Virus record (IMG/VR): IMGVR_UViG_3300029288_006559
Location: 70,293-134,292 of that record
DNA from: a virus
Taxonomy: Duplodnaviria; Caudoviricetes
DNA: 64,000 nt
Reading direction: 5' to 3' (one strand)
Shown here piece after piece: positions 9,484 to 19,000 of this stretch (its first letter is position 1; each line of letters opens with the position of its first letter). The translations under genes and the position numbers were made by a program. The notes beneath the pieces are model-generated. The model made no database searches, had not been told where the DNA came from, and saw only the letters and a program-made list of their open reading frames with translations.

Positions 9484-9864
9484 ATGCTGGAAAAAGTTAA
9501 ATTATTCTTGTCTTTTGTAAGATCTTTATTTCCTCAAAAACAGGTAAAGATTCTTAATTCGTTGTGCTTAAAGTTCTACAAGGGTAACCAAATTACATAT
9601 TTACAGGGTACTAATTTTAGACAATTTCGCTTACCATCTTATGTAAAGATAGGAGTACCGAAGGGTAAGTATTTTATTGCAAATGTTTCAAATACTTCTA
9701 TTACTTTAATAGCCGATGGGTATGGGGCGCTTTTGGATAATGAGTTTTGTTTAAAAGGTATTTATGGAAAAGGACCTTTAATAATTTTAACTAAAAACCT
9801 TCCGGTAGATGTAAAAAGATTTTTTTATTCTCTACAGCATAAGAAATTAAGAGGTAGAGAATAA
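9484..9864 (+). CDS. Hypothetical protein
   Basis: Coupled ORF. Confidence 0.5.
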   Translation: MLEKVKLFLSFVRSLFPQKQVKILNSLCLKFYKGNQITYLQGTNFRQFRLPSYVKIGVPKGKYFIANVSNTSITLIADGYGALLDNEFCLKGIYGKGPLIILTKNLPVDVKRFFYSLQHKKLRGRE

Positions 9865-10391
9865 TGCCGAAAGTTCCTCTGCAAATAGACAACACAGGTA
9901 ATGTTATAGCCCCTGATTTTTGTCCCTACAAAGTACCTCAATATGAATACGGTGTTATAAATGCGCCTTGCCTACAACCTACTGGAAAATTTGTCGTTCG
10001 CCCAGGAGTTTGTTGTGTATGTAAGAAATGTGAGTTTATACCTGATGTTGATGTTGTGGAGGCATCTTTACCTACTCAAGTTGAAAGAGAAAAGTTTCAA
10101 GAATATTTAGCTCATACAAATTTAAAAACCTCCACGAGTCTTTCTGGGCAACATCAGTATTTGATGAAACAAGATAGACTACCTATAGCTATTTTTATTA
10201 GCAGAACACTTTATGATGAAATGGTAAAGAGTGTTATTGAAGATGAAAAGCGAAGACGTTCTTTATTAGGGTATTTTTTAACAGAAGAATCTTACATTTG
10301 CCTTTGCCATGTTTTAGGATGTCCTGTATATTTGTCGAAAAAGTTAACTAAATCGAACATTCAAGTTGTAGGAGAAATAGAATGGAAATGA
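9864..10391 (+). CDS. Hypothetical Cys-rich protein
   Basis: CCVCKKC; coupled ORF. Confidence 0.55.
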   Translation: MPKVPLQIDNTGNVIAPDFCPYKVPQYEYGVINAPCLQPTGKFVVRPGVCCVCKKCEFIPDVDVVEASLPTQVEREKFQEYLAHTNLKTSTSLSGQHQYLMKQDRLPIAIFISRTLYDEMVKSVIEDEKRRRSLLGYFLTEESYICLCHVLGCPVYLSKKLTKSNIQVVGEIEWK

Positions 10392-10849
10392 CAAAAAAAC
10401 AACAAAAAGTTTATGTGGATATTCTTAATAGCTATCCCGAGTTAAAATCGGAGGTAATTGAAACTATTTTTACATTGGGCATAAAAGCTGGTATGGAGGT
10501 AGTTGATTCAAAAGCAACGTCGGGGTTACATCCTACAGAGGAAAAATATCCAGAACAGACAACTGCTTTTAGATATATGTTAGATCAAATGTATGAACTT
10601 CACTTAGTTAAGAATCAAGATTATAGCCCGAGCAATATCAATGGTGTTGGTATGATAGGTCTAGCCACCAGGCTTTGGGACAAGACCGTAAGAGTTATGA
10701 ATTTGTTAGGATTTAACATTGAAGCTAGACTTATTAGTTATGATGTTGCTAAAGAACCAAAGAATGAAAGCCTAGAAGATACTTTTATTGATTTAGCAAA
10801 TTATGGTGTTATTGGTCGTTTGATGATGATTGGAAAGTGGGGAAAATGA
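10382..10849 (+). CDS. DUF1599 / nucleotide-modification-associated domain protein
   Basis: KNQDY...RLWDK...ESLEDTFIDLANYGVI pattern. Confidence 0.75.
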   Translation: MEMTKKQQKVYVDILNSYPELKSEVIETIFTLGIKAGMEVVDSKATSGLHPTEEKYPEQTTAFRYMLDQMYELHLVKNQDYSPSNINGVGMIGLATRLWDKTVRVMNLLGFNIEARLISYDVAKEPKNESLEDTFIDLANYGVIGRLMMIGKWGK

Positions 10850-11106
10850 TGGACGCAAGAGAAACACACAGCTTATGGTTTTGGTTAAAACATCACCGTA
10901 AGGTTCCAATACGAATAATAAGGGGAGAATATTTTTGGCATGATTCTTTTGGTAAGTACTGGAATAGATTTCTTGGGTGTAGGCTGCGTGGGCATAAGTT
11001 AAGGCAATGGATTGATGTAGATAATGGTAAAAAACAGTTATATTGTTTTGCCTGTGGAAAGTACCTTTCAGTAAGAATACCGCATGATAGAGTCTATATC
11101 TTTTAA
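10846..11106 (+). CDS. Small Cys/His zinc-binding protein
   Basis: LGCRLRGHK...CFACG. Confidence 0.5.
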   Translation: MMDARETHSLWFWLKHHRKVPIRIIRGEYFWHDSFGKYWNRFLGCRLRGHKLRQWIDVDNGKKQLYCFACGKYLSVRIPHDRVYIF

Positions 11107-11160
11107 CAATCTTTGAGAACTTGAAATTTCATATCCTTTACTCTATATATTAGATAGAGT

Positions 11161-11340
11161 ATGTTAGTTAAAACAACAACTACGGACATCGATACAGCTA
11201 CTGCTTCTCAGCAGCTTTGTAAGAGTTGTCATTCCTTTGTGGATGCAACTTCTCTTGACCCTATTACCGGGCTTTGTCCAATTTGTTTACAAGCAAAGAA
11301 GGATATTGAAAATGGTGCAAACCCCCAGCCGCAAATTTAA
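11161..11340 (+). CDS. Small zinc-ribbon protein (59 aa, not in the ORF track)
   Basis: MLVKTTTT...CKSCH...GLCPIC...QPQI*. Confidence 0.6.
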   Translation: MLVKTTTTDIDTATASQQLCKSCHSFVDATSLDPITGLCPICLQAKKDIENGANPQPQI

Positions 11341-12850
11341 CGTTGTATCTGACAACACAAAGCGTATTCTTGCTAATCTTTCAAAATCTGTTCTTCCACA
11401 AAAAATAGCTACAGTTTCTTCTTCTAACAAAATTGCTTTAGACGAAGCTTTAGCTTCTGGTAGATTTACTGCGGATAAGTTTGGTTTGTTTAAAGAAGCA
11501 GATAATGGAGCAGACCTTGGAAGAATTTGGGTAAAGAAAAGAATCAAAGAAGCCAACGGAGAAGAGAAAGAGTGGTTAGTTGTTTATACTAATGATGAGG
11601 ATGAAATTATTCGACAATTAGCTAGTAATACTTTAAAAGCAACTTCTCTTCAAAAAACAGCTGCCCCAAAGCAACCTAATCCAAAAGATGTTCCTATAGC
11701 TCCTGGTATCAAATCGAAAAACATTACTATGGATGAATCCGGTGCAACAGGAACAGCAAAGGTTACTGTGGAATTTACCGATACTGATCAGGCTTTAAAT
11801 TTTTATCAAGACCAAGGTCAGCCTCAGCAGAAAGAAGCCCCTGCAGAAGAAAAACCAGCCGAAGGAGGAGAAAAAGGTGAAGGTGAAGGTGAAGGAGAAG
11901 GAAAAGCTCCTGCAAATGTGCAGCCAGGTAATGTACCTCCTGTACCTCCTATTCCACAAACCGCTCCTGCAGGACAAAAGATGACTAATCTTCGTCCTAC
12001 AATTAAACAAATGAGTAGTTTTGGTCAGCAAGTAGCTTATGTAATTGCTACAGAAGAAGATAAACAGGAAGAAACCGAAAAGAAAGAATCTTCTCAAATT
12101 ACTTATTCATTTATTAATGAACAACAGCAAGAGATTACACTCCCCTGGAATTCTCCTCTGCGTATAGGTTCTATATTTGAAAGACCCGATACCGGCCAGG
12201 CTATTAGAGTCGCTGGCTATATTCAGAGGAAACTAACTCCTATTTCCAATCTTATTAATGAATTGGTTGTATTAGCAAAAAAGCCCTATTATTGTGAAAC
12301 TTGTAATACAGGTTTTACAGAGGGGCAGATGAATTTTCATAAAAGCCATACTTATAAAAAGAGCGATGGTGAAGAAGAACCAACAGAGAGTGCTGAGAAA
12401 GAAAAAGATGATAATGAAAAGAAAGCTTCGTTGGAACTTATACAAAAGCAAGGGGCTGATATAAGTGATGAGATTCCTCCTATGGGATGGCAGACGCAGG
12501 AAGGAAAAAATAATCCTGTAGGTGCGGGGGCTGCTTTACCACCTCAGCAGAGTTTACAAAATCAAGAACAACCTCAAAATCAGTCTCAAAACCCCGTTCT
12601 ATACGATAGTAATCAGGATGAAGGACCTCAGTTTCAGACAACTATAAATCCCAAAGATAAGTCTGTGACAGTAAAATTTGTAAACAGTCCAGAACAACAG
12701 GCTTTACAGGAAGCTGTTAATACTTCCAAACCTGTACCTCCATTGGCGCCACCTCAGCAAACCCCTGCACCCCCACAGGCTGCTCCCGGGGCGCAAACCC
12801 CTCCAGCTGGAGGTAATTTTGAACAACAGAATGTTCCCGTGACTTTCTAA
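11312..12850 (+). CDS. Pro/Gln-rich putative head-associated protein
   Basis: Start reassigned to ATG 11312; low-complexity linkers, K-x-A motifs, CxxC...H segment; lies upstream of the terminase. Confidence 0.55.
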   Translation: MVQTPSRKFNVVSDNTKRILANLSKSVLPQKIATVSSSNKIALDEALASGRFTADKFGLFKEADNGADLGRIWVKKRIKEANGEEKEWLVVYTNDEDEIIRQLASNTLKATSLQKTAAPKQPNPKDVPIAPGIKSKNITMDESGATGTAKVTVEFTDTDQALNFYQDQGQPQQKEAPAEEKPAEGGEKGEGEGEGEGKAPANVQPGNVPPVPPIPQTAPAGQKMTNLRPTIKQMSSFGQQVAYVIATEEDKQEETEKKESSQITYSFINEQQQEITLPWNSPLRIGSIFERPDTGQAIRVAGYIQRKLTPISNLINELVVLAKKPYYCETCNTGFTEGQMNFHKSHTYKKSDGEEEPTESAEKEKDDNEKKASLELIQKQGADISDEIPPMGWQTQEGKNNPVGAGAALPPQQSLQNQEQPQNQSQNPVLYDSNQDEGPQFQTTINPKDKSVTVKFVNSPEQQALQEAVNTSKPVPPLAPPQQTPAPPQAAPGAQTPPAGGNFEQQNVPVTF

Positions 12851-12864
12851 CAAGGAGAAGTAAA

Positions 12865-15147
12865 ATGTCGCTTATTATTCCGAAAAACAATGAAGTTAAG
12901 GTAAAAGTTCCTACTTGGATAAAATCTCAGGAGCTTATACAGGCAAGCAAGGAAGAGTTGGAGAGAAACAGGCAGTTTCAAAAAATTGCTTCTCAGAAAG
13001 ATATTCCTACTGTAATTGCTCAATATGTTTGTCCTAACTGTCAAAAGGTTGTTAATGCTTCTTCTCCTGAATTGAAATTACAGGAAGATTTAGCAAAGAG
13101 AGCTTCTAAAGAGTTTAAACCCACTTGTAGCTTTTGCCAAACAGAATTAATTCCTTATCGGAAAGTAATAGCTTCTTCTGTTTCTACCCAACGACAAGGT
13201 AATATGACTCAAAAAGAGGTAGATCTTTCTACTAAGTCAGGTACTTATAATACTTATGTAGATAGGCACCTTGTTTTTAAAGCTGTCAATGCTTTACAAA
13301 ACTATGCATCGCAGCAGGGCATGCAGTTGGCAGAAGTTAGGTATTTGAAATCGGAGCACAGTAAACAAGCTGGACAAGAATACCCAATGTTAAACAATAT
13401 CGAGTGTGAGATACGTTGGAAAACAAATCCTAAGGTAGCTCATACCGTTACTGCTACTATTGGAATAGATCAAGCAGGTATAGCCAAAATGCCAATTATG
13501 ATGACCTTAGCAGATAAACAAACAGTAGTTCCTTTTACAAAAGAGTCTATTAAAGCAATTGAGGAGAAATTTGCATTCGATCATGAAGTCGAGAGGAAGC
13601 AAAAACGTACGGACATGGCTACTTATAAGCGGCCTGATATTTCTCGCTTTAAGGCTATTGCATCGCAAGAACAGACTGACACATCTTTATTAATTGATGA
13701 GCTTGTGGAAAGCTCAAAAAAAAAAGTTGAAAGTCTGATTAAGGAAGCAGATAGTATTCCCGGAGTTCAACCTCCAACGACACCGTCTGCTCCTGTTCAA
13801 TACAGTCCCAATCAGCAAATTGTTAATCCTGTTGATGGTAAGACCTATACTGTAAAGCAGCAAACTCCCACGGGTATTACTGTTACTGATCCTCAAACTC
13901 AGCAAGAGTCTATTATTCCCGTAGATCAGGTTGCTAATATAAGGCCTGCAGTGAAGACATCTTCTTTTTCTGTTCAAGCGTTAGCTGAAGAGGTAGTAAA
14001 AGAAAGTTTACAGAAGAAAGCATCTTTTAAACCTTCAACACGTCCGCTTATGGAGCACGTACCTCATATGTCACAAGATTGGGCAAATATTAGAAAAGGA
14101 TTAAAAACGAAATCTCAATTAGAAAAAGAAGCCGCTGATATTAGTTATGATAGTAGTGGCCCGAAGAAGGACAAGACAGGGCACGATGTTTCAGGTGTTC
14201 CTTTTTCTGAAGAAGGTGAAATCGAAGTAGGCTTAACCGAATTTCCAAAAGGTCAAGATCGTTCGAAGGGAGAAGGAAAGGGCTATGAAGTTCCTTTTAA
14301 AGAGATGGAAGAAAACCATGTAAAAGAACGGGAGCAATTTGATAATAAGCAGCGTTTGCCCATTAATGTTATGCCGTGGAAAGATTTGAGAGAAATGGTC
14401 GGTGGAAAGGAACCAAAAGAAAATCTCGGTCTCAATCACACCGAAGCCTCTGCTTTAGCAAAAGCTGTTGGTATGACGAAGGTAGCTGAAAACGAAGACA
14501 CAGGAGAGAAGAAGCCGCCTGTTGAATTACCTATACAGCAAAAAACGCTTAAGACAGCTCCAAAGATAAAAGAATATCAGGAGCCTGCAGTTATTTCACC
14601 TGCTGAGGGAAAATTAAAAGAAGTTATTACTAAGTGGAGAGGCGTTCAGAGTGAAATAAATACTATTAAAGAGCAAATGCAAAAGAAAGTAGCCCCCTTA
14701 CAGCAAGCTGTTACAGATGCTTCTGCTCCGTTTCAAGAGCAGCAAGGTAAGTTGGTAAAAGAGTTGAATACCTATTTAAACTTGGTTTATTCTAAATTAG
14801 GGGAAACAGAGGATAAAGTTGCAGCCTACGAAGATATTATTTTAGCTCGTTTAGAGAGACAGATAGAAACAGGCGGAAATGTTTCTATGGTTGAATTATT
14901 AAATGAACTGCAAAAGAATCTTCCTGAAATTCATGCAAAGGTTGCTGAGTTAAAAACACAGATGGAGGAGGCAAAATTACAGCCCGCGATTGAGAGATTC
15001 TTATATGAGTATCCTAAATCTAAAGTTCAAGAAAAGAAAGTAACATCTGCAGCTGATTCTTTCTCTTTGGATACCATTATCTCTACATTAGTTGGTTGGG
15101 CAGATATTTTAAATGATATTCTTGAACTCATTCCCGTTTTGGAGTAA
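12865..15147 (+). CDS. Large putative head/scaffold-associated protein
   Basis: CPNC/CSFC zinc ribbon, many K-x-A/S motifs, C-terminal coiled coil; AGGAG RBS. Confidence 0.55.
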   Translation: MSLIIPKNNEVKVKVPTWIKSQELIQASKEELERNRQFQKIASQKDIPTVIAQYVCPNCQKVVNASSPELKLQEDLAKRASKEFKPTCSFCQTELIPYRKVIASSVSTQRQGNMTQKEVDLSTKSGTYNTYVDRHLVFKAVNALQNYASQQGMQLAEVRYLKSEHSKQAGQEYPMLNNIECEIRWKTNPKVAHTVTATIGIDQAGIAKMPIMMTLADKQTVVPFTKESIKAIEEKFAFDHEVERKQKRTDMATYKRPDISRFKAIASQEQTDTSLLIDELVESSKKKVESLIKEADSIPGVQPPTTPSAPVQYSPNQQIVNPVDGKTYTVKQQTPTGITVTDPQTQQESIIPVDQVANIRPAVKTSSFSVQALAEEVVKESLQKKASFKPSTRPLMEHVPHMSQDWANIRKGLKTKSQLEKEAADISYDSSGPKKDKTGHDVSGVPFSEEGEIEVGLTEFPKGQDRSKGEGKGYEVPFKEMEENHVKEREQFDNKQRLPINVMPWKDLREMVGGKEPKENLGLNHTEASALAKAVGMTKVAENEDTGEKKPPVELPIQQKTLKTAPKIKEYQEPAVISPAEGKLKEVITKWRGVQSEINTIKEQMQKKVAPLQQAVTDASAPFQEQQGKLVKELNTYLNLVYSKLGETEDKVAAYEDIILARLERQIETGGNVSMVELLNELQKNLPEIHAKVAELKTQMEEAKLQPAIERFLYEYPKSKVQEKKVTSAADSFSLDTIISTLVGWADILNDILELIPVLE

Positions 15148-15149
15148 CT

Positions 15150-15314
15150 ATGTTAAAATTAAAAAACTTCTTTGTTCAGTGCAGGTGCGGTGAAGATTTG
15201 CGTATGGATGAAATTGATCAACAGCGTACTTGTTCTTGCGGAAGAATAGTTAAAATTGCTGAATCTGTAAAGCAATATCTCCGTAAAGAGTATTCTCACC
15301 CAGTAAAAAATTAA
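15150..15314 (+). CDS. Small zinc-binding protein (54 aa, not in the ORF track)
   Basis: VQCRCG...TCSCG. Confidence 0.5.
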   Translation: MLKLKNFFVQCRCGEDLRMDEIDQQRTCSCGRIVKIAESVKQYLRKEYSHPVKN

Positions 15315-15339
15315 ATAGGATTTTATAAATGAGGATTTT

Positions 15340-16098
15340 ATGTCTATATCAGGACTCCAGAGGAGACACCCCCTCTGTAAAATATGTAACTCTTTTTCCG
15401 ACGACCTTTTAGGTGAAATAACAGCTGATATTTTACTTCGTCGACGAACCTATAAAGAAATTAAAGAATATTATAGTGCGAAGCTTCCCGCTAGCGAAAA
15501 GCCTTTAAATGATGTAAATATTAACAATCATCGCAAGCACAGCGACCCCCAATTTCTCGTAGATGCTGTTTTACAAAAGCAAGGTCTTACTCCCCCTTCA
15601 GAAGCTGATGTTATTGTACGTTTATACGAGGAAAGACGTAAACAAGATCTTGATAAAAGAACTATCTTACAAGAGATTTACAGAGAGCGTTTACGTAATT
15701 TAGAACTATTACAGGAGATGTTAGAAGCTACTAAAAACTCTTACAAGGAAATGTGTAGTAGTACGTCTACGGATTCTGTTTGGGACAAACAGACTGTTGA
15801 GAATAGAATAGTGGGGTTAACACAACGGATCGATAACATTCACGATGCCTTGCAGCAAGTAATTCTTAAGGAAGTTTCTGCTAATAAGGGGGAAGGTAAT
15901 ACGTTTATAAATAATAATATTGTAATACAAGATGGCCTAAAAAAATTTCTTGACGAGTTTGTTCCTTATCTCTTGCATCATAATGTATTTCAAGATCGTC
16001 CTGAAGAAGGAAAAGAAATTATTAAATTTATTTCTGTATTAATGGATAGGCACATTACACCTGTATTAGACCCTCAAAAAGCTTTGCCTGCTAGATAA
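15340..16098 (+). CDS. Probable terminase small subunit
   Basis: Directly upstream of TerL; N-terminal CKIC plus HTH-like segment and helical oligomerisation region. Confidence 0.6.
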   Translation: MSISGLQRRHPLCKICNSFSDDLLGEITADILLRRRTYKEIKEYYSAKLPASEKPLNDVNINNHRKHSDPQFLVDAVLQKQGLTPPSEADVIVRLYEERRKQDLDKRTILQEIYRERLRNLELLQEMLEATKNSYKEMCSSTSTDSVWDKQTVENRIVGLTQRIDNIHDALQQVILKEVSANKGEGNTFINNNIVIQDGLKKFLDEFVPYLLHHNVFQDRPEEGKEIIKFISVLMDRHITPVLDPQKALPAR

Positions 16099-16099
16099 A

Positions 16100-19000
16100 A
16101 TGACAGATCTTTTTCAATCTTACGCTAATACTGTTTTAGATTCTTCTAATGCTACCTTACCTGTTCAAAACAAGGTAGATGCTTTTGAATTTATTACTAG
16201 TCCTAACTATATGGGAGTAGATCCTTTTCCTGTACAAAGAGTAGTAATAAAGGCTTTTTACAATTTGTGGGAGAAATATCCCCCCGACGACGAAGAACAA
16301 ACTATTATTAACGTCTTAAAGAACAATTGGAAAATTGATATAAACTTGTTGAGAATCGACCCCATTAAGGTTCTCCTCCTTTGTCTTGGTAGAAGATCTG
16401 GAAAATGTGTAGGGAAGAATTCTAAAATTTTAAATGCAAAAACAGGAAAATATATAACAATTGAAGAGCTATCTAAGATAGACCTTTCTCAAGTAAGAAT
16501 TCCTACTAGAGATAATAATAATAATATAATAGATACTTCTAATTTTAGAGTGGAATATTCAGGTAAGAAATTATGTTATAAAATGATCACAAGAGTTGGA
16601 AGAGAGATTGTTTGTACTAAAGATCACCAATTTTTAACTTTGGGAGGGTGGAAAACTTTAGAAAATCTAGTTTTAAGAGATAGAATAGCTATTCCCAGCA
16701 AATTACCTTTTTTCGGGGATAATCCACTAACTGTAGGAGAAGCAAAGATTTTAGGTTATATGATAGGAGATGGAGGAACTACTACTAAAGTACCTTCTTT
16801 TGCTAATACGGATGCTTTTGTTATTCAAGAATTGAATATATTAGTAAAGACACTAATCTCTTCCGATTTAGAAGTAAAACATACTGAGGCGCAAAAAGAT
16901 TATTGTTACTCTATTTGCAGAACGCATGCGTTTTGCAAAACTCAGAACCCTATGATTTCCTTCCTTAAGAAATATGGTGTTTGGGGAAAACTATCTATTG
17001 AAAAGGAAATTCCTCCCGAAGTTTTTATGTCTTCAAAAAATACAATTTCTGCTTTTTTAAATGCACTGTATACGTGTGATGGATCTCTTTATATAAAAAA
17101 AGGGAAGAAATCTTATAAAGGGCTCGTTCTTTCTTTTGGGGTAGGTTCTAAACTATTAGCGGAAGGAGTGAGGGATCTATTATTACGTTTTGGTATCAAT
17201 GCTCGTATTAGATATACTCCTGCAAGTTATGTTAATCATCAAGGAGAAAGAAAATTTTTTGATTCTTGGAAAACTGATGTAAGTTCCTTTCGAGATATTT
17301 CTCTGTTTATGAAAGAAATAGGATTTTTTGGAAAAAAACAGTTAGATGCACAGAAACTCTTTAAAAGTATTTTATCTAATTCTCTTAAAGTAAAAGATAG
17401 TAATTATTTATTTAGCATTCCAAAAGAAATTTGGAAGTATTTAGATGAGCAAAGGCAGAAAAAGGGGATTGTATATCAAGATTTATTCAATACCAGAAAT
17501 ATAGGAGGAGGGATTCATAAATCTTGGTCTATTAATAGAAAAAAGTTAAAAAAAGCTGCTTCTGCACTGAACGATTCTTGGTTACACTCACTATGCGATG
17601 GGGATATTCTTTGGGATGAAATAATATCTATAGAAGAAATAGGAGAAGAAGACACATATGATATAGAAGTTCCAGAAACGGAAAATTTTATTACTGATAA
17701 TATAGTTGTACATAATAGTAGATTACTTTCTTTTATTGCTACTTACGCTATGTATGAACTTATTACTCTCGGTAATCCTCAATCCTATTATAATATTATG
17801 GAAAGACATCCTATACATGTTGTACATATTGCTTCCAAGGATAAACAAGCTAGAGAGATGTTTGCTTTTACTTCAGATAATATTCGTAGAACGTCTTTCT
17901 TTAAGCCGTATATGGATTTTGATAAGAATAATATGACAGAATTGAGATTGTTTACTCCATACGATTTAACTCTAAATGAAGAAATAAAAAGAAGAAACAA
18001 GGTAGTAGTTCGTGGAAATAAAAGAGAGCCTTTGTTACCAGGCTCTTTATTAGTAGAATCCATTACGACCTCTGGAGCTACTAGTCGTGGGAAATGTATT
18101 TATCTTCTTATGTTTTCAGAGTTAGCACATTTTCTTCGCACTAGTATAGATATTACTAGCGGAGAAGATGCTTTAGTAGCAGAAAATCCTCAGAGCGATT
18201 ATGCTGTTGTAAAAGCCATGACTCCTTCCGTCTTAGATTTTGGGAGAGATGGGCGTATAATTATGGAATCTAGCCCTCGAGAGAAAGGAGGAGAGTTCTA
18301 TCATCATTACTGTATAGGTGGGGGAATAGAGCAAGAAAATTTCGAAAACCTTACTTTCGAGCCTACTTATCAAGTTATACAATTGTCTACATGGGAAGCA
18401 CGTCCCTCTATTGCAAGAGAGAGCTTAGATCCCGAATTCAGAAAAGATCCTATAGGAGCATTGATGGAGTTTGGGGCTCACTTTGGTAATCCTTCTGGCA
18501 AGTTTATTTCTGAATCTGTTATTAACAGTATCCCGCAAATAGGTAGACCGCTTACTAGACACGCTACTGGTACCTATCATTCTTTTATTGCGTTGGATCC
18601 TGGAGGTAAAGCAAAGAAAAAAGTTGCCGATACTTATGCGCTTGCATGGGGGCATTATGATTTTTCTCCTAAAGCTGAAAATGTGACTTATTGGATAGAT
18701 GGAATGAGGGGGTTTGACGCTACTAATCGCTATCTTGGTTCTGGACAGGTAGAGAGAATCACTGTTGATCCTAATACTGTAATGGGATGGCTGTTAGATC
18801 TAGTGAAAGATTTAGGAGGAAAAGGTTTTGTTGATGAAATTGCTTACGATCAGTTCGATTCTACCCAGCCAGTTTCTACTCTTCAGAGTCTGGGTCTTTA
18901 TGCTATAGAGACAACTTTTACAAATTCTTATAAAGCGGATATGTACGGAAATTTTCTACAATTAGCCGAAAGAGGCCAAGTGAAAATGTATGGTGTTGAT

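Noticed and set aside
11237-11311. Upstream extension of the 537-aa ORF
   Set aside because: Overlaps a better-supported 59-aa zinc-ribbon ORF (11161-11340); ATG 11312 is the more plausible start
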